36,414 nt of DNA, taken from assembly GCA_937911795.1 (NCBI GenBank), contig CALDPJ010000025.1, positions 1 through 36,414 of the forward strand, in the 5' to 3' direction. Positions 17,045-25,924 of the stretch are shown here, in pieces; positions within the stretch are counted from its first letter, which is position 1; each line of letters opens with the position of its first letter. The stretch comes from an uncultured Flavobacteriales bacterium. Its GTDB lineage: Bacteria; Bacteroidota; Bacteroidia; Flavobacteriales_D; SKUL01. The notes under the pieces are model-generated. The model worked only from the letters and a program-made list of their open reading frames with translations, had not been told where the DNA came from and ran no database searches. The position numbers and the translations under genes are program-made.

Positions 17045-20000
17045 TTATTTTTTCAATTCCGGTGTTTTCTTCTTCCATAACTCATATACCAAAGGTGTGG
17101 CAACACAAATGGAAGAGTATGTACCAACAACGACACCGATCATCAAAGCAAAAATAAATCCGCGAATAGAAGTCCCACCGAAGATGAACATCGCAAGTAG
17201 AACGACAAAAGTTGTAAGCGATGTATTAATTGTTCGGCTTAGTGTAGCGTTAACTGCCCGGTTGAAAACCCTGCCTGGTTCATCTTTAGGGTGTTCGTAC
17301 AATTCCTCCCGGATTCGGTCAAAAACCACCACTGTATCATTAATGGTATAACCGACCACCGTAAGAATCGCTGCTATAAATGCCTGATCCACTTCCAGTG
17401 AAAAAGGTAAAACACCATAGAATAATGAAAACAAACCAAGGACGATGATAACGTCATGAAACATGGCAACAACCGCCCCGGTTCCGAATTGCCATTTCTT
17501 AAATCGGAAAACGATGTACATGAAAATAATGAGAAGAGAGAAAACCACCGCAAGTGTTGACGATTTTTGGAAGTCATCAGATATGGTTGGATCTACTTTT
17601 CGACTCCCGATCAGCTGAAAATCCTGCCCTGTCTTTTCCAGTCCGGCAAACAATGCGGCTTCCGCTCGCTCATCTGCATCCTCTCCCTCAGCATCTACCA
17701 GATACTTGGTTGTAATTTTTACCTGATTCGCGGTTCCGATGGTTTTCACTTCGGGAGTCATTTTTACTCCATCTTCAACGAATTCGTCCGTTAAGTAAGC
17801 CTTAATTTCTTCTATGTCCTGTGCTTCAGCAAATTTAACATCATAGGTCCGTCCTCCAACAAAGTCTACTCCGAAATCCAGTGATCGGAAACTCAACGAT
17901 CCGATGCTCACCAATACCAAAATACCAGAAATCGCATAAAATATTTTTCGATTACCAATGAAATTATAATTGGTATTGCGGAACCAGTCTGTGGCTTTAC
18001 TTACAAATGAAATATTTCCTTTCCCGGCCAATCGTGAGGTAAAAATCAAACGGGTAATGAAAATAGCGGAGAAAAGTGAAGTCATGATACCTATGATTAA
18101 AGTGGTCGCAAAACCTTTTATCGGACCAGAACCGAGCACCAATAATACTATGGCAGTCAGTAAGGTCGTAATGTTGGCATCGATAATCGCAGAATAAGCC
18201 TTTGCGTAACCTTCTTTAAGAGCTGCCTTCAATCCTTTTCCTTTTCTCAATTCTTCACGGACTCGCTCAAAGATGAGTACATTGGCATCCACTGCCATAC
18301 TAATTGTCAAAATGATACCCGCAATTCCGGGTAGTGTAAGTGAAGCCTGAAGGGAAGCCAGGGCTCCGACCAGGAAGAAAAGATTTGCAAGAAGCGCAAT
18401 GTTCGCCACCAGACCGGCTCCACGGTAATAAAATACCATGTATAGCATCACAAATAGAATCGCTATGCCAAAAGACATCAAACCAGAATCAATATTCTCC
18501 TGACCGAGAGTCGGCCCCACCACAACTTCATCCACTATATCTGCAGGTGCAGGGAGCGCTCCGGCTTTGAGCAGATTGGCAAGGTCATCGGCTTCTTTAA
18601 TCTGCTCCATTTTTGACCCCTGACCCATGCTAATGCTTGACCGTCCACTAGGAATTTCTCCCTGAACTACAGGAGCTGAATACACATAATTATCAAGTAC
18701 AATGGCAACGCATCTCTTCGGAGATTGACCTGACGCTGCAGCAGTCATTTCTTTCCAGATTTTGGCTCCTTCGGGATTCATCTGCATCATCACCTGAACC
18801 TGCCCTGTGGGATCAAAATCCTGTGATGCATCTACAATGACAGAACCATCTAAGGGAGCGGTACGATCACGCGTATCCACTTTTATGGCATACAATGGAA
18901 TTAAACCTCCAATCCGCGGATCGGGCTGAGCAGACCAGAGCAATCTCAAATCCCGCGGCAGCATTTCCTGCGCAATACGATGCTGTAGCATTTGGTTCAA
19001 ATCTGCCGTATCCGTAGGTGCTGCATATCCTACTACCGGACCTTGAGACAACTGATTGTCGAAAACATTTGGAGAAAGGATTGAGAATATTGGAAACCGC
19101 TTTCTGCGTTCTTCTTCATCCATTTCGTCTGCTTCTGTTGGAGCGGCCAGCGTATCGCTATCATCGCTCAATCGGGAAAGCAAGTCTTCTTCTGTTTCAG
19201 CAGTGTCGATCATCGTAGTGTCTACTGCTTCGGCAAGATCGTTTTCTGTTTCGTCAACTACCACTTCGGCAGAAGTAGTATCTACCCCTGTTTCCGAAAG
19301 TTCGGAATGCAGATCCGGATACAATTCCAGACTGAGGGCATTATTGACCTGTTCCAGAACAGGATAAATTTCTGAATTTTCGTAAGTATTCCAGAACTCA
19401 AGGTTTGCAGTGCTCTTCAGCACCTTTCTTACCCGTTCTTTGTCTTTTACTCCGGGCAGTTCAATTACAATTCGTCCTGAAATTTGTTGCTTTTGAATGT
19501 TGGGTTGAGATACTCCGAATTTATCAATCCGTGTACGCAGAATTTTCTCGGTATTGTCAACCGCAGTTTCTGCTTCTGCCTGCAGGATTCTGACTATTTC
19601 AGCATTGTCTGCCTCCCTTGGAAAACGTTCACGATTTTCGCGGCTGTGAAATACGGCTGCCATTTTTTTATCCGGAGAATTCTGCTGCCACGCGCGCGCA
19701 AACAGTGATACAAAGTCGTCCTGTGAATTTTTCTGCATTTCGCGCGCATCGCTGATCGCCTTGCGAAAATCCGGATCATTGCTATTTCCACTGAGGCCGA
19801 TTACAAGTTCAGGAATAGAAACTTCGAGAATTACACTCATACCACCTTTAAGGTCGAGTCCCATGTTAATCTCTTTGTCTTTGGCTTCGGAGTACGTGAA
19901 TCCCAACACCGGATAAATCTCTTCTTCTGAATTATTTCTCAGAAATTGTTCGGTGAATTCTTCGCGCAATTCACCTTGTTCGGTGATTCCTATTTCACCG

Positions 20001-20149
20001 CGTACAGCCAATACAGAATCCAACTTTTGCTCTGCGTAATCTTCTGCTCTTTGCTCAAAACCAGAGGTGAAAAACGAAAATGAGATTTGGTAAAGACTCG
20101 CTATGGTAAGCAGTATGGTAAATATCCAAATCGCTCCTTTATTCTGCAT
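17045..20149 (-). CDS. secDF: Protein translocase subunit SecDF (fused)
   Basis: The 1034-aa product has a SecD periplasmic domain and SecD/SecF TM bundles. It also has an acidic low-complexity insert. Confidence 0.9.
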   Translation of the reverse strand: MQNKGAIWIFTILLTIASLYQISFSFFTSGFEQRAEDYAEQKLDSVLAVRGEIGITEQGELREEFTEQFLRNNSEEEIYPVLGFTYSEAKDKEINMGLDLKGGMSVILEVSIPELVIGLSGNSNDPDFRKAISDAREMQKNSQDDFVSLFARAWQQNSPDKKMAAVFHSRENRERFPREADNAEIVRILQAEAETAVDNTEKILRTRIDKFGVSQPNIQKQQISGRIVIELPGVKDKERVRKVLKSTANLEFWNTYENSEIYPVLEQVNNALSLELYPDLHSELSETGVDTTSAEVVVDETENDLAEAVDTTMIDTAETEEDLLSRLSDDSDTLAAPTEADEMDEEERRKRFPIFSILSPNVFDNQLSQGPVVGYAAPTDTADLNQMLQHRIAQEMLPRDLRLLWSAQPDPRIGGLIPLYAIKVDTRDRTAPLDGSVIVDASQDFDPTGQVQVMMQMNPEGAKIWKEMTAAASGQSPKRCVAIVLDNYVYSAPVVQGEIPSGRSSISMGQGSKMEQIKEADDLANLLKAGALPAPADIVDEVVVGPTLGQENIDSGLMSFGIAILFVMLYMVFYYRGAGLVANIALLANLFFLVGALASLQASLTLPGIAGIILTISMAVDANVLIFERVREELRKGKGLKAALKEGYAKAYSAIIDANITTLLTAIVLLVLGSGPIKGFATTLIIGIMTSLFSAIFITRLIFTSRLAGKGNISFVSKATDWFRNTNYNFIGNRKIFYAISGILVLVSIGSLSFRSLDFGVDFVGGRTYDVKFAEAQDIEEIKAYLTDEFVEDGVKMTPEVKTIGTANQVKITTKYLVDAEGEDADERAEAALFAGLEKTGQDFQLIGSRKVDPTISDDFQKSSTLAVVFSLLIIFMYIVFRFKKWQFGTGAVVAMFHDVIIVLGLFSLFYGVLPFSLEVDQAFIAAILTVVGYTINDTVVVFDRIREELYEHPKDEPGRVFNRAVNATLSRTINTSLTTFVVLLAMFIFGGTSIRGFIFALMIGVVVGTYSSICVATPLVYELWKKKTPELKK

Positions 20150-20185
20150 TTAACTGAGTTTATGTACGTACTAATTAGGAAGGCG

Positions 20186-20193
20186 CAAATATA
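20186..20193 (-). promoter_or_regulatory. Sigma-A type -7 box (TATATTTG) for secDF
   Basis: A perfect TAnnTTTG octamer lies 37 nt upstream of the ATG at 20149. Confidence 0.4.
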
Positions 20194-20280
20194 GATTTTT
20201 ATGAACATAAATACCAATGGTACCAAAACAAGCAAATTTACTTGTCTGACGAAAGAGACCCATCGTCCTGAAAACTCTAA

Positions 20281-20288
20281 TAGCTTTG
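20281..20288 (+). promoter_or_regulatory. Sigma-A type -7 box (TAGCTTTG) for the FG-GAP cargo gene
   Basis: A perfect TAnnTTTG octamer lies 33 nt upstream of the ATG at 20321. This argues against the ORF-track start at 20201. Confidence 0.4.
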
Positions 20289-20320
20289 GAATGTCTACCT
20301 TTAACCACTTATATATGGTC

Positions 20321-22624
20321 ATGAAATTTCCGATTCCTTTTCTGTTGGTGTTTCTGTTAAACACCCCGATTCTCCTCGCTCAGTTTTATGCAACACACAG
20401 CAATGACATTCCGGTTTATCATAATGGCAGTGCAATGGCCAACCCATGGGCCGGAGGAATCAATGCCGGCCAGATTTCTACGATTGATGTCAATCAGGAT
20501 GGTTTGGAGGATGTATTCATATTCGACCGGGCCGGCAACAAACCGATGATTTTTCTGAACAACAACAGCAACGATCCCAATTCTTTTGAATACAGTTTTG
20601 AATACAGTCAGCAGTTTCCGTCGATGCGAAACTGGGCGCTGTTGCGCGATTTTAATTGTGACGGCAAAAAAGACATTTTCACCTATAATGGAATCGGTGG
20701 ATTCAGGATTTACGAGAACATTTCTGCCACCGGTGCTGAATTGGAATTCACGGAAATCGAAAGCAATCTACAGTCGCTGTACAATTTCCCCTCCTCCTCC
20801 TATTACTCCAATATTTTCATCAGTTCGGTGGATATTCCGGCGGTGGATGATCTGGATGGCGACGGCGATCTCGATATAATTGTCTACTCCGTATCGGGCG
20901 TGCTGGTAGAGTATCACAAAAATTTTTCGGTAGAAGAAACCGGATCCTGTGATTCATTGATGTTTGTCCTCGGAAACCGATGCTACGGATTCTTTTCTGA
21001 AAGCGCCTTCGATAATTCGATCTCACTGCACGATGAAGCCATGCACAACGCATTGTGTCCGACGGGTTACAATGTCGCCGACCCCACTCCCATCATTGAG
21101 CGGCCGGATGATATAGAATACATTGAAACTACCACAGGCCCCAGACATTCAGGAACCACCATTCTGACAATTGAAATGACCCAGCAGTTGCCGAAGGAAA
21201 TTGTCCTGGGCGATATCAGTCATTATAATTTAACCGCCCTTACCAATTCGAGTACTGCTGAAGGAATGGATACAATAATTGCTTTCGATCCTGCATTTCC
21301 TTCGAACCACACCAATTCCGAGGCTGTTGATTTAATTGCTTTTCCAGCCTCCTATTACGAAGACATGAACAACGATGGAATCCGCGATTTAATTGTCAGC
21401 CCAAATAACGAATGGGCTTCGGAGAACACATCCAGTGTGTGGTATTATCAAAACCAAGGTTTAGACGATCAACCGGATTTTGTGTTGCAGCAAAAAGATC
21501 TTTTTCAACAGGAAATGATCGATGTTGGTGAAGGAGCAACGGCTTTTTTTATGGATTACAATGCAGACGGACTGCAGGATCTCATCGTCGGCAACAAAGG
21601 ATACTTCGTCAGTCCGGGTGTATATGAATCGAAGCTCGCTTTGTATGAAAATACCGGCTCGGCACAGAACCCGGAATTTACTTTTATTACAGATGATTTC
21701 GCAGATCTGGCGGCATTGAATCTCGGCCAGGCACTGCATCCCGCTTTCGGCGACATCGATAATGACGGAGATACAGATATGTTAATAGGAACATCATCGG
21801 GTAGGATTTACCGCTTCAACAATATCGCCGGACCGGGAAGTGAGGTGAGCTTTGTTCCTGCCGAAGATTCCATTCTGAAGGATGTGGATGGAAACGAAGT
21901 GGATCCCGGGCAATTCTCTACTCCGCAACTTATTGACCTTAACGGTAATGGATTATTGGATCTGGTAATGGGAGAGCGGAATGGAAAAATTCATCTTTAC
22001 GAAAACGTCGGAACAGCAGAGAACCCGTCTTTTGAACTGACCAATGATTTTCTCGGTAATGTTGAAACTGCAGAAGGTTTTTCAACCACAGGCTATAGCG
22101 TTATTCAGTTTTTCGATATGGATGGAGAGCGATATTTGATGACTGGTGCCGAATCGGGCAAAATACGATTGTACAGCAACATCACCAACAATCTTGATGG
22201 AGCTTTTAACCTGGAAGAAAACGAATTGTTCGGGCTGCGCAACGGCATCCGGAGTACGGTGGTCGTAACCGACATTAACAATGATGAGTTTCCGGATCTG
22301 TTCACCGGAAATTTTAGTGGAGGATTATTGTTTTTTAAGGGGGGCGAACCGACAGCAGTCGAATCGTATTTCAGTTCCGAGCCCACTTTTAATGTTTTCC
22401 CGAATCCTGCTGCTTCAGATATATCCGTATCAGTAAACCAAAAGATTTCAGGCAAAAAATACAGGCTCATTCTGTATAATGCTTTGGGAAAAATTATTCT
22501 CGAAAAAACTTTAGACGGCTCCACGAATAATATTGCTGTGGATCATCTTTCAGCAGGCATTTATATGGTACAACTGAAGGATGATGAAATACCGCTTGGA
22601 ATAAGACGGCTTGTGATTCGATAA
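20321..22624 (+). CDS. FG-GAP/VCBS repeat protein with T9SS type A C-terminal sorting domain
   Basis: Signal peptide MKFPIPFLLVFLLNTPILLAQ. Repeated FG-GAP-like calcium-binding motifs follow (DVNQDGLEDVF, DLDGDGDLDII, DMNNDGIRDLI, DYNADGLQDLI, DIDNDGDTDML, DLNGNGLLDLV, DINNDEFPDLF). The C-terminus FNVFPNPAASDISV...AGIYMVQLKDD...RLVIR is the Por_Secre_tail pattern. Confidence 0.8.
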   Translation: MKFPIPFLLVFLLNTPILLAQFYATHSNDIPVYHNGSAMANPWAGGINAGQISTIDVNQDGLEDVFIFDRAGNKPMIFLNNNSNDPNSFEYSFEYSQQFPSMRNWALLRDFNCDGKKDIFTYNGIGGFRIYENISATGAELEFTEIESNLQSLYNFPSSSYYSNIFISSVDIPAVDDLDGDGDLDIIVYSVSGVLVEYHKNFSVEETGSCDSLMFVLGNRCYGFFSESAFDNSISLHDEAMHNALCPTGYNVADPTPIIERPDDIEYIETTTGPRHSGTTILTIEMTQQLPKEIVLGDISHYNLTALTNSSTAEGMDTIIAFDPAFPSNHTNSEAVDLIAFPASYYEDMNNDGIRDLIVSPNNEWASENTSSVWYYQNQGLDDQPDFVLQQKDLFQQEMIDVGEGATAFFMDYNADGLQDLIVGNKGYFVSPGVYESKLALYENTGSAQNPEFTFITDDFADLAALNLGQALHPAFGDIDNDGDTDMLIGTSSGRIYRFNNIAGPGSEVSFVPAEDSILKDVDGNEVDPGQFSTPQLIDLNGNGLLDLVMGERNGKIHLYENVGTAENPSFELTNDFLGNVETAEGFSTTGYSVIQFFDMDGERYLMTGAESGKIRLYSNITNNLDGAFNLEENELFGLRNGIRSTVVVTDINNDEFPDLFTGNFSGGLLFFKGGEPTAVESYFSSEPTFNVFPNPAASDISVSVNQKISGKKYRLILYNALGKIILEKTLDGSTNNIAVDHLSAGIYMVQLKDDEIPLGIRRLVIR

Positions 22625-22654
22625 AAAAAGCCACTTCGTTCGGAAGTGGCTTTC
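22622..22654. terminator. Bidirectional rho-independent terminator between the convergent FG-GAP gene and mdh
   Basis: The stem AGCCACTTC-gttcg-GAAGTGGCT has an A-run on the left and TTT on the right. Confidence 0.65.
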
Positions 22655-22675
22655 AACATTCAGATTCAGCAAAAA

Positions 22676-23614
22676 TCAGCTGATCAATTCCATTTTATCA
22701 AGCGCATCCATTACTTCTTTAACCGACTGTGCAGAGTTGTGCAGCAATTCCTGTTCCTCGTGGTTCAGGTCAAGCTCAATGATTTGTTCGATACCATTTC
22801 TGCCAAGTTTCACGGGCACGCCGAGATAAATATCGCTCAGGCCATATTCACCCTGCAGCCATGCGCAAACCGGAAAAATCCGTTTCTGATCGCGGACAAT
22901 GGCCTCGACCATTTGCGCTGCAGCAGCTCCCGGTGCGTACCATGCCGAAGTTCCCAGTAAATTAACAATCTCCCCTCCACCTTTTTTCGTGCGATCAACA
23001 ATGGCGTCAAGAGTAGGTTTGTCGATCAGTTCGGTAACCGGAATTCCACCCACGGTTGTATATCGCGGAAGCGGAACCATTGTATCTCCATGGCCACCCA
23101 TCAATACTGCCTGAATATCTTTTGGAGATACATCCAGTGCCAGTGCCAGGAAGGATCGGTACCGGGCAGTATCAAGAATTCCGGCCATACCGAACACGCG
23201 GCTCGAATCAACCTTTGCGGTGAGATAGGCCGCATAGGTCATGACATCTAAAGGATTTGAAACCACAATGATCTTGGCATCCGGTGAATGTTCAATAACT
23301 TTCTCGGTTACCATTTTAACAATCGCCGCATTTGTAGCAATCAAATCATCGCGGCTCATACCCGGCTTTCGCGGCAAACCGCTGGTAATTACCACCACAT
23401 CAGAACCTGCTGTTCTACCATAATCGTTGGTTACTCCTGTAGTTCGTGTGTCGTATTGATTGATAGGTGCCGTTTCCCAGATGTCCAACGCCTTACCTTC
23501 GGCAAATCCTTCTTTGATATCCAGTAATACTACCTCATTGGCCAGTTCTTTATGGGCTATAACATTGGCACAGGTTGCGCCAACATTTCCGGCTCCTACA
23601 ACGGTAATTTTCAT
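22676..23614 (-). CDS. mdh: Malate dehydrogenase (LDH-like, NAD-dependent)
   Basis: MKITVVGAGNVGATCA is the Rossmann motif, with GLPRKPGMSRDDL and MGGHGDTMVP further on. I chose the ATG at 23614. The ORF-track 5' extension overlaps promoter elements. Confidence 0.9.
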   Translation of the reverse strand: MKITVVGAGNVGATCANVIAHKELANEVVLLDIKEGFAEGKALDIWETAPINQYDTRTTGVTNDYGRTAGSDVVVITSGLPRKPGMSRDDLIATNAAIVKMVTEKVIEHSPDAKIIVVSNPLDVMTYAAYLTAKVDSSRVFGMAGILDTARYRSFLALALDVSPKDIQAVLMGGHGDTMVPLPRYTTVGGIPVTELIDKPTLDAIVDRTKKGGGEIVNLLGTSAWYAPGAAAAQMVEAIVRDQKRIFPVCAWLQGEYGLSDIYLGVPVKLGRNGIEQIIELDLNHEEQELLHNSAQSVKEVMDALDKMELIS

Positions 23615-23655
23615 GATGATTGCGATTTTTAAGATTGTTGCTTTAAATTGTGCAA

Positions 23656-23663
23656 CAAAAATA
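23656..23663 (-). promoter_or_regulatory. Sigma-A type -7 box (TATTTTTG) for mdh
   Basis: A perfect TAnnTTTG octamer lies 42 nt upstream of the mdh ATG. It is overlapped by a 7-bp inverted repeat, TTGTTGC-N10-GCAACAA (23635-23658). Confidence 0.4.
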
Positions 23664-23793
23664 ACAGTTAAAAACAATATGAGCCATCAGAAACAAAGCA
23701 GCGCTACGGCTTTATTTCGTTATGAGACAGCACGAATCTTATTAAAATACAGTACACATACAAATAAAATGCGACCCGTGAACATTTAATGAA

Positions 23794-23801
23794 TATTTTT
23801 G
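23794..23801 (+). promoter_or_regulatory. Sigma-A type -7 box (TATTTTTG) upstream of the ECF sigma gene
   Basis: A perfect TAnnTTTG octamer lies 35 nt upstream of the ATG at 23836. It directly abuts the ECF-like -35 element. Confidence 0.35.
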
Positions 23802-23804
23802 GTG

Positions 23805-23829
23805 GCAACCAACTCAGCAATTTCGCGTC
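23805..23829 (+). promoter_or_regulatory. ECF-type promoter GCAAC-N16-CGTC (putative autoregulatory promoter of the sigma/anti-sigma operon)
   Basis: GCAAC is at 23805-23809, followed by a 16-nt spacer and CGTC at 23826-23829. The same architecture occurs at 25819-25843 and 30716-30740. The -10 element ends 6 nt before the ATG. Confidence 0.5.
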
Positions 23830-23835
23830 TTTCGG

Positions 23836-24450
23836 ATGCAGGATAAAGAAAACATAGAACTACAAAAACTACAGAATCTTGTAAAAGGCTGTATTCAAGA
23901 TGACAGAAAATGTCAGCGCCTTTTATATGAAATGTTCTACGGAAAGATGATGGGTGTTTGCTTGCGGTACGCAAACGATGCTGATCAGGCGAAGGACATT
24001 CTGCAGGATGGATTCATTAAAGTATTTCGCAATCTTGAGCGATATAATTTTAGCGGATCTTTTGAAGGGTGGATCCGAAGAATAATGGTCAATACGGCCA
24101 TTGATTATTTTAGGAAACACCGTAGTTCGCACGTTCTTTTATTACGGGATGAACAAGCTATTGAAGAATTTGAAGAAGATTCTGAAGAAGCCGAATTTGA
24201 ATTGAATCCGATTGATGAGCCGGAGTTTACCATGGAGGATGTAATTGCAGCCATGCAACAACTTTCACCGGCTTATCGGGCAGTATTTAACCTATTTGTG
24301 ATGGAAAACAGATCGCATCAGGATATTGCCGAGGAACTCAATATCAGCGTTGGCACCTCCAAATCCAATTTCTCAAAAGCAAAAGCGAACATCCGTAAAA
24401 TGCTGTTAAACAAAACAATAAGCAAAACTAACGCAACCGATAAGAAATGA
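23836..24450 (+). CDS. ECF (sigma-70 family group 4) RNA polymerase sigma factor
   Basis: The 204-aa product has region 2 (DADQAKDILQDGFIKVFRNLERYNFSGSFEGWIRRIMVNTAIDYFRK) and region 4 (LSPAYRAVFNLFVMENRSHQDIAEELNISVGTSKSNFSKAKANIRKML). Confidence 0.9.
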   Translation: MQDKENIELQKLQNLVKGCIQDDRKCQRLLYEMFYGKMMGVCLRYANDADQAKDILQDGFIKVFRNLERYNFSGSFEGWIRRIMVNTAIDYFRKHRSSHVLLLRDEQAIEEFEEDSEEAEFELNPIDEPEFTMEDVIAAMQQLSPAYRAVFNLFVMENRSHQDIAEELNISVGTSKSNFSKAKANIRKMLLNKTISKTNATDKK

Positions 24451-25691
24451 GTGACAACCAACAACAATTCGAGGACCTGATCCGGCGAACGCTTGAGGAT
24501 TTCGAGGTTGATTTCAATCCGTGTCATTGGCAGGAAATGGAATCCCGGCTCAACCTGCTCGGTCAGGGCGTTGCGGTTTCTATGAACACCTTTTACGGAG
24601 CCTTTGTTGCCGCCGGAATTTTTATGGCCGGCCTTATTTATTTCGGACTACCAGATGATCATACAGGTGGTTTTGCTGAGCAAGAACAAATTACAGAATT
24701 ACAAGCTCCGGGTAATCCAACCGGCTCTGAAACAATAGTTGCAGGTGATTCACCTGAAAAGGAAACGGTAAGTACAGATACATTTATCATGGATGTACCA
24801 CATAATTCCATCGAGAAATTTGTAGAATCACCAGGTATTTCGAATAGCGTTGATACGGATAACGAAAAGGCAAATTCCGAAAGCCCAAAAGTTGAATACG
24901 GAGAGATGACGGTCAAAAAAATCAGGTCCAGTGTTTCTCAAGGCTGTGAAGGAGCGCCGATCACGTTCTCGACTTCTGGCAGTGAATCTGAAGGAAATTT
25001 CCTATGGAACTTTGGCGATGGCTATTTCTCCAACAACCAGAACCCTGTTCACGTCTTTGATGCACCAGGCATTTTTGATGTTTCTTTGCTGGTTACCCCA
25101 CTAACAGGTGGAAAACTCACCCCGATGACGATCGAAGATCAGATAAAAATCAATCCACGACCCAAAGCTTCCTTTGACTACACGTATAAACAGAATCCTC
25201 TCGATATACCCCAGGTCAAGTTTGAGAGTCACTCCAAAAACGTAGATCAGGTAATGTGGGTGGTTAATGGGGAAGTATTCTCTGAGGAAAACGCACCGGT
25301 TCAGAATTTCACCAAAAAAGGAACCTACGATGTACAACTGGTGGCCATCAATGAATACGGTTGTGCAGATACCACCAGCAGAAAAGTGACCATTAAAGAA
25401 GATTACAACCTGTTGTCACCGTCATCCTTTTCGCCGGACGGAGACCACCGCGAAGACACGTTTATACCGGGAGCTCTCAAATTGATAGAAGGAACTTTCG
25501 TGATGCGTGTAATGGATCCGAGTACTAATATGGTAATTTTCGAAACGACAGAAGCAAACAAACCCTGGGACGGTACGATTGCCGGTACCACGGTAAAAGC
25601 TTCGGCAGGAGATTATCAATGGGAAGCGACGATAGAATATACCAACGGAAGAACCGATCATTTTACCGGGCAGATTAATCTCACCAAATAA
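24447..25691 (+). CDS. Putative membrane-anchored anti-sigma factor with two PKD-like domains and a degenerate T9SS type B (CHU_C-like) C-terminal domain
   Basis: An ATGA start/stop overlap couples it to the sigma gene. It has a ~46-aa cytoplasmic N-terminus and one TM helix (FYGAFVAAGIFMAGLIYFGL). A low-complexity linker follows, then the PKD motif FLWNFGDGYFSNNQNPVHVFDAPGIFDVSL and a second Ig/PKD-like module. The C-terminal tail PSSFSPDGDHREDTFIP...WDGT... parallels the CTDs of both adhesins. Confidence 0.6.
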   Translation: MSDNQQQFEDLIRRTLEDFEVDFNPCHWQEMESRLNLLGQGVAVSMNTFYGAFVAAGIFMAGLIYFGLPDDHTGGFAEQEQITELQAPGNPTGSETIVAGDSPEKETVSTDTFIMDVPHNSIEKFVESPGISNSVDTDNEKANSESPKVEYGEMTVKKIRSSVSQGCEGAPITFSTSGSESEGNFLWNFGDGYFSNNQNPVHVFDAPGIFDVSLLVTPLTGGKLTPMTIEDQIKINPRPKASFDYTYKQNPLDIPQVKFESHSKNVDQVMWVVNGEVFSEENAPVQNFTKKGTYDVQLVAINEYGCADTTSRKVTIKEDYNLLSPSSFSPDGDHREDTFIPGALKLIEGTFVMRVMDPSTNMVIFETTEANKPWDGTIAGTTVKASAGDYQWEATIEYTNGRTDHFTGQINLTK

Positions 25692-25718
25692 TATTAACCC
25701 TTACTGAGTAAACATCGA

Positions 25719-25752
25719 AAGGCGCTCTACAAGGAGCGCTTTTCTTTTTTTT
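25719..25752 (+). terminator. Rho-independent terminator of the sigma/anti-sigma operon
   Basis: The stem GCGCTC-tacaag-GAGCGC (25722-25739) is followed by TTTTCTTTTTTTTG. Confidence 0.7.
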
Positions 25753-25818
25753 GTCTAATTGAATTCCTTTGAAATAACACTTCTCGCTAATGGATTCTTG
25801 TTGCTCACCTTCAAATGT

Positions 25819-25843
25819 GCAACCACTGCTCAGGATTTCCGTC
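25819..25843 (+). promoter_or_regulatory. ECF-type promoter GCAAC-N16-CGTC upstream of adhesin 1
   Basis: GCAAC is at 25819-25823, followed by a 16-nt spacer and CGTC at 25840-25843. The spacer also shares CTCAG and ATTTC with the sigma-gene promoter. Confidence 0.5.
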
Positions 25844-25875
25844 AACTGAAACAACAGGAAAACGCTAACTTTACA

Positions 25876-25900
25876 GGAACTTTAATTCACCTGTTCCGTA
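25876..25900 (+). promoter_or_regulatory. Second ECF-like element GGAAC-N16-CGTA, proximal to adhesin 1
   Basis: GGAAC is at 25876-25880, followed by a 16-nt spacer and CGTA at 25897-25900, 25 nt before the GTG start. TAACTTTA precedes it. Confidence 0.3.
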
Positions 25901-25924
25901 GACAGTTCCACTTAAACACCAACA

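Noticed and set aside
20201-20320. ORF-track 5' extensions of several genes: the FG-GAP gene from 20201, mdh from 23677, rpsU from 3170, glnN from 15677 (TTG) and pyrF from 8994 (TTG).
   Set aside because: The downstream ATGs give canonical N-termini: a signal peptide for the FG-GAP gene, a Rossmann MKITVVGAG for mdh, and MLIIPVKEG for S21. The extensions overlap TAnnTTTG promoter boxes or the upstream gene.
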